From positions 1 through 54,364 of IMG/VR virus record IMGVR_UViG_3300032330_001719: a stretch of 54,364 nucleotides of DNA; one strand, written 5' to 3'. Under the pieces are notes generated by a model. It ran no database searches, had not been told where the DNA came from, and was given only the letters and a program-made list of their open reading frames with translations. The stretch comes from a virus. Taxonomy: Duplodnaviria > Caudoviricetes. Shown in pieces: positions 1 through 6,473 of this stretch (position 1 is the stretch's first letter; each line of letters starts with the position of its first letter). A program made the translations under genes and the position numbers.

Positions 1-2
1 AT

Positions 3-101
3 GAGGATTACGCAATATTCAGTGATGGTGGTTTATATTTTGAATGTATTGGGAAATACAAACAAATCTCGGATGGTTGGATGATTACAAAAAAAATATA
101 A
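3..101 (+). CDS. 3' end of a hypothetical protein, truncated by the window start
   Basis: Open frame EDYAIFSDGGLYFECIGKYKQISDGWMITKKI ending in TAA just before a promoter. Confidence 0.5.
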   Translation, partial: EDYAIFSDGGLYFECIGKYKQISDGWMITKKI

Positions 102-118
102 AAAAATTTCAAAATAAA

Positions 119-149
119 TTTGGCAGAACAAAAAATAGTCGTATCTTTG
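119..149 (+). promoter_or_regulatory. Bacteroidota primary-sigma (-33/-7) promoter
   Basis: TTTG (119-122), 19 nt spacer, TATCTTTG (142-149), upstream of ATG 171. Confidence 0.8.
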
Positions 150-170
150 TACTCACAAAACGGATAAATT

Positions 171-425
171 ATGGCAAAAGAGAAATTGTATAGAAGTGTT
201 AACGGAGACTATTTGTATTTATTTAATTGGATTGGTGGTGGATTCAACGATGTTTGGGCACCAAGTAAAAGAGAGGCGTATGCTCGTGTGATGAGAGAAC
301 AAAAAGAGCACGAGAAGAAATACCCAACTCACTCTAAGTTGAGACCTGATTATAAGTCAATGAGAAAATGTACTTATTCTCAGTATCAAGAACAGAACCG
401 AATGGGTTGGATGATGAGTATGTAA
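171..425 (+). CDS. hypothetical phage protein (84 aa)
   Basis: ORF directly downstream of a promoter, A-rich leader. Confidence 0.75.
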   Translation: MAKEKLYRSVNGDYLYLFNWIGGGFNDVWAPSKREAYARVMREQKEHEKKYPTHSKLRPDYKSMRKCTYSQYQEQNRMGWMMSM

Positions 426-427
426 TT

Positions 428-901
428 ATGGATAATAGTCAAAAATCTAGTGTAATAGCATATCAACGATTATTCCCTGAGGAGAAAGTGTATAAATGGG
501 AAAGTAAGATTAGTAAAGATTTTATTTTATTCAAAGTTAAAGGATTTACTGATTTTTACAAAGACATTACGGTTCGTGTTGAGATTATTGACTATCGTTA
601 TAATGATATTAGCAAGAGAATGGTTGATGGGTCAACAATGGTGATGTTCAAACAAAGAATGAAAATCCCATTAAGAATTGATTTTTCAATTTGTTCGATT
701 AATAACTTTGATATTTTAGTGATTAATGATAGTAAATTTATTATACCGGAGAAACGAAAGTCGTCTAAACCGGAATTTAAGATTTACACCGGAAGAACGG
801 GATTTGACACTTTAAGAGAATCTTCGTATCTTTTTAATGACGATAGGGATGATGATATAATGTCTTATACGAGATTGTTAGGAACAAACAGATTTAGATA
901 A
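428..901 (+). CDS. hypothetical protein
   Basis: ORF 368..901; ATG 428 (MDNSQK) just after the previous stop is the likelier start. Confidence 0.65.
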   Translation: MDNSQKSSVIAYQRLFPEEKVYKWESKISKDFILFKVKGFTDFYKDITVRVEIIDYRYNDISKRMVDGSTMVMFKQRMKIPLRIDFSICSINNFDILVINDSKFIIPEKRKSSKPEFKIYTGRTGFDTLRESSYLFNDDRDDDIMSYTRLLGTNRFR

Positions 902-904
902 AAA

Positions 905-1000
905 CTACTTGAGTAAGCGGGAGTGGTCAATCAACAACCCGAAGAAGGTTCAGGTAAATCAATATGACACGGGATGGCCGAGCCCATATAGGTAAGTAGG
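905..1000 (+). ncRNA. unknown structured RNA candidate
   Basis: GC-richer non-coding tract; CTACTT/AAGTAG closing stem, GTCA/TGAC inner stem, AACC-CGAAGAA-GGTT hairpin. Confidence 0.3.
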
Positions 1001-1051
1001 AAGTTAGTGTTTTTTAGGAGGATTGAATCAGTTTTTAACATTAACGAAAAT

Positions 1052-1125
1052 AGTCAGGTGGCGGAATTGGTAGACGCAATCTGTGTAGTGGGCTAAAGTT
1101 ACAGGTTCGAATCCTGTTCTGACTA
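1052..1125 (+). ncRNA. tRNA-Leu-like scaffold element 1 (no pairable anticodon arm)
   Basis: Acceptor AGTCAGG/TCTGACT-A, Leu-type D arm GCGGAATTGGTAGACGC, T arm ACAGG-TTCGAAT-CCTGT; the central 23 nt form no anticodon stem. Confidence 0.7.
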
Positions 1126-1135
1126 CTTAGCAAGG

Positions 1136-1268
1136 TGTAAACGATAAGGAAAATTCGTCACAGGTTTACATTAAGTTGCAGACGAACCGAAATGCTTACG
1201 GTTAACAGGGCTTAACTCATAAAGTCCAGAGAGCATAATCTAACGAGTGACAGATTGGAAAGACAATC
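1136..1268 (+). ncRNA. unknown structured RNA with a potential double pseudoknot
   Basis: Hairpins TGTAAAC/GTTTACA, AACCG/CGGTT, GGGCTT/AAGTCC and GATTG/CAATC; loop ATGCTT can pair with GAGCAT and loop ACTC with GAGT. Confidence 0.4.
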
Positions 1269-1274
1269 AAATTT

Positions 1275-1376
1275 AGTCAGGAGACCATTGGTTGGTGGCA
1301 CCTCCCCAAGGTTGAGTAACGATAAGGTCGACTCTTTATGGCAAAGCTGAAGCGGGTTCGAATCCTGTCCTGACTA
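1275..1376 (+). ncRNA. tRNA-like scaffold element 2
   Basis: Acceptor AGTCAGG/CCTGACT-A, T arm GCGGG-TTCGAAT-CCTGT, divergent D arm ACCA-TTGGT-TGGT, multi-hairpin centre. Confidence 0.65.
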
Positions 1377-1434
1377 CTCTAATTAAACTAGTTTATGAAC
1401 AGTCTTTGAGGTGAGATGCTCTCGTTAGAACGGA

Positions 1435-1623
1435 AGTCAGGTGGCGGAATTGGAAGACGCTAATGGAGATATAGTCAAATCAGCGAGATAACACGGACAA
1501 GTGGCTCTATGTCGTGAGGGGAATTGCAAACCCTCGGTGGATTATCTAAACCAAGTGGCTATGGGTGAATAGGTGTACAACTATGAACTCTAAATCGTAC
1601 AGGTTCGAATCCTGTCCTGACTA
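1435..1623 (+). ncRNA. tRNA-Leu-like scaffold element 3 with a 138-nt insert
   Basis: AGTCAGG-TG-GCGGAATTGGAAGACGC, insert 1461-1598, then ACAGGTTCGAATCCTGT-CCTGACT-A. Confidence 0.7.
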
Positions 1624-1701
1624 CAAATGTTCCATAGTGGTAATTACGGGTCCGTCCCCTTGCCTGGAAATATACACTGAACAAATTAAGGGGGACAACA
1701 G

Positions 1702-1815
1702 AGTCAGGTGGCGGAATGGTAAACGCTCACAGGTTGGTATTGTAAAAGAGGAATTGACCCCCATCTCCACGATTTTAGTGGTTATACCTTACAGGTTCGA
1801 ATCCTGTCCTGACTA
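1702..1815 (+). ncRNA. tRNA-Leu-like scaffold element 4 with a 64-nt insert
   Basis: AGTCAGG-TG-GCGGAATGGTAAACGC, insert 1727-1790, then ACAGGTTCGAATCCTGT-CCTGACT-A. Confidence 0.7.
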
Positions 1816-1837
1816 CAAACATTAAATTATAAAAATT

Positions 1838-1993
1838 ATGGCAGTATTATTAGTACAATTAGGGTTAATGGGGTTAAACATATACTCGGCAAAATCTATG
1901 GAGAGACAAAGTAGAAATCCGGGATTCCAATATTTCGTAGCGGGATTATGTTGTATGGGAGCTATTCACGAATTAATTAAATTACTTGTGTAA
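1838..1993 (+). CDS. small membrane protein (51 aa, not in the ORF track)
   Basis: MAVLLVQLGLMGLNIYSAKSMERQSRNPGFQYFVAGLCCMGAIHELIKLLV; two hydrophobic segments; TAATG overlap with the next gene. Confidence 0.65.
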   Translation: MAVLLVQLGLMGLNIYSAKSMERQSRNPGFQYFVAGLCCMGAIHELIKLLV

Positions 1994-2499
1994 TGAAGAA
2001 GGTATTATTATCCATATCGTTATTATTGGCGTTAAACACGTCCTATTCACAAAATAGAAAAGTTGTTATTGATAAATGTATCAATAAATCTGAGATTTAC
2101 GGACCAACCGGAATTGTTTGTTCTAATCTGAATAAAACCAAATGGTTTACAATGACTCCGGTATATCGATTAGATGGTAATAGATTGTCTTGTGATGGGT
2201 TATGGGTGATTAGAATGGATATTGGTAATTTAAGTAAAGAAGACCAAATATTCATAACATTTGCTGACGGTAATAAATTACGTTTGGAATCCGGAATTGA
2301 ATTGACTTCAGACAAATCAATATATTTCAAATTATCTGATTTGGAATTTACACTTTTGAAAAGTAAGGAAATTCAATCTGCCCGATATATAAATGGAAAT
2401 GATTTTTGTTCATTCCAATATAATATGACCGGTGATGAAAAAACGTATTTCACAAATTTATTCACCAATTATTATATCCGAGATGTATATTGTGATTAA
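1993..2499 (+). CDS. exported hypothetical protein with a Sec signal peptide
   Basis: MKKVLLSISLLLALNTSYS-Q, a Bacteroidota-style signal peptide followed by Gln. Confidence 0.75.
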   Translation: MKKVLLSISLLLALNTSYSQNRKVVIDKCINKSEIYGPTGIVCSNLNKTKWFTMTPVYRLDGNRLSCDGLWVIRMDIGNLSKEDQIFITFADGNKLRLESGIELTSDKSIYFKLSDLEFTLLKSKEIQSARYINGNDFCSFQYNMTGDEKTYFTNLFTNYYIRDVYCD

Positions 2500-2521
2500 A
2501 TAAAAAAAAAGTAAAAAAAAG

Positions 2522-2553
2522 TTTGACAGATAAAAATAAATGTCTTATCTTTG
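2522..2553 (+). promoter_or_regulatory. Bacteroidota-type promoter driving the ncRNA cluster
   Basis: TTTG(ACA), 20 nt spacer, TATCTTTG; A-tract upstream. Confidence 0.8.
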
Positions 2554-2589
2554 TACAAGAATTAAAGTTCTTAAAAATATTGAAAAATA

Positions 2590-2675
2590 GGTGAGTGTTG
2601 TGTCGACGGTTAAATTCCTGTCCTTGTGTATCTTGATGAAAAGCAAGTAGCTCAGTGTTAGAGCATACACTCACT
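2590..2675 (+). ncRNA. circularly permuted tRNA-like RNA (YrlA-like topology)
   Basis: Terminal stem GTGAGTGT/ACACTCAC enclosing, in order, variable GTGTC, T arm GACGG..CTGTC, loop-closed acceptor-like stem CTTGT/GCAAG, D arm TA-GCTC-AGTGTTA-GAGC. Confidence 0.55.
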
Positions 2676-2685
2676 AAAATATAAT

Positions 2686-2776
2686 GGTATTGTAGCTCAG
2701 TGGGAGATTCGTCTTCCTTGGTAGAGCAGGAGTAACGAAAGACTCTGTGCCGTAGGTTCGAACCCTGCCGATACCA
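2686..2776 (+). tRNA. atypical tRNA-Phe(GAA)-like with a D-loop hairpin insertion and an 8-nt anticodon loop
   Basis: Acceptor GGTATTG/CGATACC-A; GCTC/GAGC D stem with GGGAGA-TTCG-TCTTCC inserted; anticodon stem GGAGT/ACTCT, loop AACGAAAG; T arm GTAGG-TTCGAAC-CCTGC. Confidence 0.65.
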
Positions 2777-2781
2777 CAAAA

Positions 2782-2915
2782 GTAAACCATAATTTGGTGG
2801 GGGATGGAACTACGAATTTATTTGTAGTAAAGTTTCGTCGGGTGAGAGACCCGGATGGATAGAAGGTAGACAAGTAATCCTACACACGCCCACAGATTCC
2901 TTCTCTAGGGTTTAC
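2782..2915 (+). ncRNA. unknown pseudoknotted RNA
   Basis: GTAAACC/GGTTTAC closing stem, GTGGG/CCCAC, GATGGAAC/GTTTCGTC, CGGGT/ACCCG, crossing pair AGAAGG/CCTTCT. Confidence 0.45.
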
Positions 2916-2916
2916 A

Positions 2917-2994
2917 TTATTAGTTAATAGGGTTAATCAGGCGTAAATGGTTAACATAAAACAGGAGTGAGGCTCAACACCTAAAAACTAATAA
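2917..2994 (+). ncRNA. three-way-junction RNA candidate
   Basis: TTATTAGTT/AACTAATAA stem enclosing GTTAATCA/TGGTTAAC and AGG(AG)TG/CACCT hairpins. Confidence 0.3.
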
Positions 2995-3012
2995 AAAAAA
3001 ATTAAAAAAAAG

Positions 3013-3044
3013 TTTGACAATTCAAATAAGTTTACTTACCTTTG
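3013..3044 (+). promoter_or_regulatory. Bacteroidota-type promoter
   Basis: TTTG(ACA), 20 nt spacer, TACCTTTG. Confidence 0.75.
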
Positions 3045-3051
3045 TCAAACA

Positions 3052-3108
3052 TTTGAGAAACAGGTTGACCGGAGTCGTAAAACGTTGTATAGTTTCCCTC
3101 TTCTCAAA
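3052..3108 (+). ncRNA. small RNA candidate with its own promoter
   Basis: TTTGAGAA/TTCTCAAA stem starting just after the predicted start site; no ORF. Confidence 0.35.
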
Positions 3109-3137
3109 AAAAAAATAAAAAAAAGTTACACAAAGTG

Positions 3138-3168
3138 CTTGACAAATGAAAAAAATCACTTATCTTTG
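3138..3168 (+). promoter_or_regulatory. Bacteroidota-type promoter of the large ncRNA
   Basis: CTTG(ACA), 19 nt spacer, TATCTTTG. Confidence 0.75.
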
Positions 3169-3199
3169 TATAACAATTGAGGAAAACCTCAAAACGTTC

Positions 3200-4055
3200 T
3201 TAGAAATTTTAGATTATCCTTTACCCACTTAGGTGGTGTAAAAAAAAGATAATGGGTGGTATATCATCCTTAAATAAACCGGGAAACCGGGATAAAGTGG
3301 AATCATTAGTGTTATTGGTTCTGCGGCTTCTGAAAGGGAGCTCGAGTATACAAGTCGGATATCACCTGACCTTCAGTATTGAGGGCAACGCTTTAGAGAA
3401 AGTGGTTGGGTGACCGGGCGATGTGGGTCGTCAGGTTGAGGTGGGAACACCAATAAGAATAACCGATAGGAATCAAGTAAGAAATAGGGTCATCCAACCT
3501 TATAATTACGGGTTCCAATATCAGAGGGGACTTAAAACCGAAAGGTAAGTTAGAGAACGAGTGGTGTCGCTACTAACCTTACGAAACATCTACCAAGATG
3601 TCAGTTTGAAGTAATCTTAAAATATGAGAGTGGGGACACTCTACCGAGTAGGTTGGTATTTCTTCGTCCAAAAGATGATGAAGCCTAAGACAGACCTCTA
3701 CTTGGACACATCCACAACACGTTAACTATTTTCAATATGGTGAAAAACTAAACAGAAAAGAGCAAAAGTGTCTGTCAGGTATCGTCGACAAGTTGCCTAC
3801 ATAGTAACGAGCCGTTCGTTGCACAGGATGACCGCAAGTCTGAATGTATTCTCGCCAAAAACCTCTACGGAGTCGAATCCGGAGTCAGTTCGCAAGATTG
3901 AAGAGAGTTGAATAATGAGAGAGTAGATGATATCTCAAGGAGTGATTGGTCTAACCAATCGGCAATGAGGATTACCATTCAAAAGATGGTGGAAAAGAAG
4001 CGAAAAAATAATGCTTCCGAAGATTCTCAATAAGACGAGTATTCTCATCGTATTA
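3200..4055 (+). ncRNA. large structured ncRNA, GOLLD-like
   Basis: ~850 nt ORF-free, GC-enriched tract between a promoter and a terminator; many GNRA-capped hairpins (CCGG-GAAA-CCGG, GGTG-GGAA-CACC, ACC-GAAA-GGT, GAGTG-GGGA-CACTC); next to tRNAs; 3' part resembles the GOLLD 3' domain from memory. Confidence 0.65.
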
Positions 4056-4059
4056 AGCC

Positions 4060-4093
4060 AAAAAGGTGTTACAGAAATGTGACACCTTTTTTT
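4060..4093. terminator. bidirectional intrinsic terminator
   Basis: AAAAAGGTGTTACA-GAAA-TGTGACACCTTTTTTT between convergent units. Confidence 0.85.
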
Positions 4094-4095
4094 GT

Positions 4096-4770
4096 TTATA
4101 ATATTTTATTTGATTTTTTTAAATTGTCTTCCGCCCATAGTGGTTGAAGATTTGAGTAATGACAAAGTTTAAAAACTTCTTCTTCTGTTTTTGCTGATGA
4201 CAATGGTATAATGTGGTCAATATGAATATGTTTACCCATTAAATCCCAAGTCATTCCTTCGGTAAATTGTTTTTCAAGGTGTTCTTTAAGAAATTCCTGA
4301 TTACATCCAACAATTTCAAATGTTTTATTATTTTTTGATATATTCTTTAATTTTAAAAAAGTGGATATTCTACTCCTAATATTCGAAGTTAAACTATAAA
4401 ATGGGTCAAAATTCCTTCTTTTCTTTTTATACTCTGAATTATATTTGAGTATTTTTTTTAAATTTTTATCACGATAATTTTTATTAGATATCACTAATTT
4501 TTCCTTATTTTGTTCTTTATATTTTTTATGGTAATTAGATACTTCTTCAGGGTTAGATTGTTTCCGATTCTTATAATATTCATTTCTTTTATCTGTATTT
4601 TTCTTATTATAATTTTTATGATACTCTAATACGTGTTCTCGATTATTTAATCTCCACTCTTTTTTACAATTTTTACATTGAGGATGATACCCATCCTTTC
4701 TACTTGAGTTCTTACTAAACTCACAAACTTCTTTTTCTTCCTTACACTTACTACAAACTTTTTTTTCCAT
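4096..4770 (-). CDS. HNH endonuclease (free-standing homing type) with an N-terminal CxxC..CxxC zinc ribbon
   Basis: CSKC...CKNC; C-terminal HIDHIIPLS...HYSNLQPLWAEDNLKKSNK. Confidence 0.85.
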   Translation of the reverse strand: MEKKVCSKCKEEKEVCEFSKNSSRKDGYHPQCKNCKKEWRLNNREHVLEYHKNYNKKNTDKRNEYYKNRKQSNPEEVSNYHKKYKEQNKEKLVISNKNYRDKNLKKILKYNSEYKKKRRNFDPFYSLTSNIRSRISTFLKLKNISKNNKTFEIVGCNQEFLKEHLEKQFTEGMTWDLMGKHIHIDHIIPLSSAKTEEEVFKLCHYSNLQPLWAEDNLKKSNKIL

Positions 4771-4903
4771 AATGTTCTTTCAATAATGTTTCAATCAGAC
4801 GAGATTTGTTAATCATCTCATCTTCCATTTTTTTGTAAATTACCGGGTCAACACAGATTCCAAATTTTACTTTTTTATCTTCTTCTTTTTTTCTTGGGTT
4901 CAT
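4751..4903 (-). CDS. small ribbon-helix-helix-like DNA-binding protein (50 aa, not in the ORF track)
   Basis: MNPRKKEEDKKVKFGICVDPVIYKKMEDEMINKSRLIETLLKEHYGKKSL; overlaps the HNH start; TATTTATA upstream (4917-4924). Confidence 0.6.
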   Translation of the reverse strand: MNPRKKEEDKKVKFGICVDPVIYKKMEDEMINKSRLIETLLKEHYGKKSL

Positions 4904-4968
4904 AATATCTATTTATTATAAATATCTCAAAAAGTATAAAAAGTCATAATTATTAGAAAAAAAATCAT

Positions 4969-4976
4969 TATCTTTG
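4969..4976 (+). promoter_or_regulatory. -7 promoter element for smpB (probably a leaderless mRNA)
   Basis: TATCTTTG ending 5 nt before ATG 4981. Confidence 0.65.
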
Positions 4977-4980
4977 TCGT

Positions 4981-5418
4981 ATGAAAAAATCAATTAACAT
5001 AGTCAATAAGAAAGCCAAGTTTGAATATTCATTCTTGGAAACTTTAATTGTGGGAATCCAACTAGTTGGTTCAGAGGTGAAGTCCATTCGTCAGGGGAAG
5101 GTCTCCATATCTGAGGGGTATTGTTATTTTAATAATGGTGAGTTGTTTATAAAAGGTATGAACATCTCCGATTATGGTTATGGTTCATTCCACGAGACCG
5201 TTAAGGATAGAAAACTATTAGCTAAGAGAAAAGAACTGAATAAGTTGGAAAGTGAGTTAATCAACGGGACAACCATCATTCCTTATCGTGTCTTCATAAA
5301 TGACACCGGATTGGTTAAGATGGAGATTGCTCTTGCCAAAGGTAAAAAACTCCACGATAAACGAGATAGTATAAAATCTCGGGATATTGATAGAGATATG
5401 AAAAGGGACTTGAAGTAA
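4981..5418 (+). CDS. smpB: SsrA-binding protein SmpB
   Basis: NKKAKFEY..GIQLVGSEVKSIRQGK..RKLLAKRKE..LAKGKKLHDKRDSIK motifs. Confidence 0.97.
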   Translation: MKKSINIVNKKAKFEYSFLETLIVGIQLVGSEVKSIRQGKVSISEGYCYFNNGELFIKGMNISDYGYGSFHETVKDRKLLAKRKELNKLESELINGTTIIPYRVFINDTGLVKMEIALAKGKKLHDKRDSIKSRDIDRDMKRDLK

Positions 5419-5461
5419 TTTTTTTTTAATTTTAATATATTTATAATAAAAAACTAATAAT

Positions 5462-5980
5462 ATGAAAAATTTGTTAAATAACATTTCTCAAGAAGAGAAA
5501 AATAGAATCCTTGAGATGCACTCATTCAAGAAAAAAGTAATTACTGAAGAATTTGAAGACAAATTTGCTTTGGCTATGGTTTTCTTAGGTGGGTTAGCAC
5601 CATTTATGAGATATTTTGGGGGTAAATTAGGTGATTTTATAATTCATTCAAGTTTAACACATCACGATAAAAAAGCGTTCAAAAAATTATTCACAGAAAT
5701 TGAATCTAATCCGGATGACTTTAAGTTAACATATGAAAAATCAGAAGGTCAAATTAATATGTTAATTGAATCTAATGGTGATATAGAACTTGACCATTAC
5801 AACAATATTGAATTACCAATTTCTTTTAGTATAAATGATAATGGTGGTGTTGAGGTAACATATGTGTCTACTGATGGGGAACAAAAAGAAATTTCGTTTA
5901 ATATGGGCGAAAAAGCGTATCATCGTGTTGAACAACTTATTGAAAAATTTGGTGAAGAAATGTCTGATGACGAAAAATAA
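5462..5980 (+). CDS. putative head-packaged protein with an EEKNRILEMH propeptide
   Basis: N-terminal ISQEEKNRILEMH...ITEE shared with 32014 and 33372; TATTTATA at 5438-5445. Confidence 0.65.
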   Translation: MKNLLNNISQEEKNRILEMHSFKKKVITEEFEDKFALAMVFLGGLAPFMRYFGGKLGDFIIHSSLTHHDKKAFKKLFTEIESNPDDFKLTYEKSEGQINMLIESNGDIELDHYNNIELPISFSINDNGGVEVTYVSTDGEQKEISFNMGEKAYHRVEQLIEKFGEEMSDDEK

Positions 5981-6004
5981 AATAATAAAAACTAATACAA
6001 TATT

Positions 6005-6032
6005 AAAGGGACTTGAAATAGTCCCTTTTTTT
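6005..6032 (+). terminator. intrinsic terminator
   Basis: AAAGGGAC-TTGAAATA-GTCCCTTTTTTT. Confidence 0.8.
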
Positions 6033-6082
6033 ATTATACTTAATTATCAGTTCAAATAAACAAATTAAAAAACACAAAAATT

Positions 6083-6418
6083 ATGATTATAGGAATTTTT
6101 TTAGGTATGGTTATGGTTCTCGGGATACTGGGAATTATAGTTATGGTTAGGATGTATTCAGACATCAAAAAATTGAAAAGATTGGTTAAATCTCAAGAAG
6201 AAGTAATTAGAGAGACTGACCATAGTATTCATCGTCGTATTGATGGTGAAATTGAAAGAACAAATAAATTATACGAAGACCTTAGTAGATATATCACTTC
6301 TAGAATGGAAGACACTTCAAGAAATTTTGGTGAGGTATATCAACAAATGGATTCAAGATTAGATAAATTAGCAAATAAATTAAGTAAACCTGTTAAAAAG
6401 GATTTACTACAAGATTAA
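6083..6418 (+). CDS. membrane-anchored coiled-coil protein
   Basis: N-terminal hydrophobic helix followed by a heptad-like charged region. Confidence 0.7.
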   Translation: MIIGIFLGMVMVLGILGIIVMVRMYSDIKKLKRLVKSQEEVIRETDHSIHRRIDGEIERTNKLYEDLSRYITSRMEDTSRNFGEVYQQMDSRLDKLANKLSKPVKKDLLQD

Positions 6419-6440
6419 AAAATAAACTTTGAACTGATAA

Positions 6441-6473
6441 CAAAAAACCCATCGTAATGATGGGTTTTTGTTT
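6441..6473. terminator. bidirectional terminator
   Basis: AAAAAACCCATC-GTAAT-GATGGGTTTTTG between the 6083 gene and the tmRNA 3' end. Confidence 0.8.

Noticed and set aside
1052-1125. Calling element 1 a functional tRNA-Leu(TAG)
   Set aside because: TAG sits at the right spacing, but the flanks ATCTG/GGCTA do not pair, U33 is missing and there is no long variable arm.
1461-1598. Group I intron in tRNA-Leu
   Set aside because: 138 nt is too short, no P7 core is recognisable, and I found no excision that restores a canonical anticodon arm.
1052-1815. CRISPR array
   Set aside because: The repeats are tRNA halves with very unequal spacing (23-150 nt), and no cas genes are present.
1565-1825. 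86-aa ORF with repeated YRFESCPDY
   Set aside because: The repeat is the translated T arm and acceptor of scaffold elements 3 and 4; not a protein gene.
2462-2779. 105-aa minus-strand ORF
   Set aside because: Antisense to the tRNA-like genes and their promoter.
2803-2839. Hammerhead ribozyme on the minus strand (GACGAAAC)
   Set aside because: The required CTGANGA core is absent.
3200-4055. rRNA fragment or group I/II intron
   Set aside because: No universal rRNA motifs, no interrupted host gene, and it has its own promoter and terminator.
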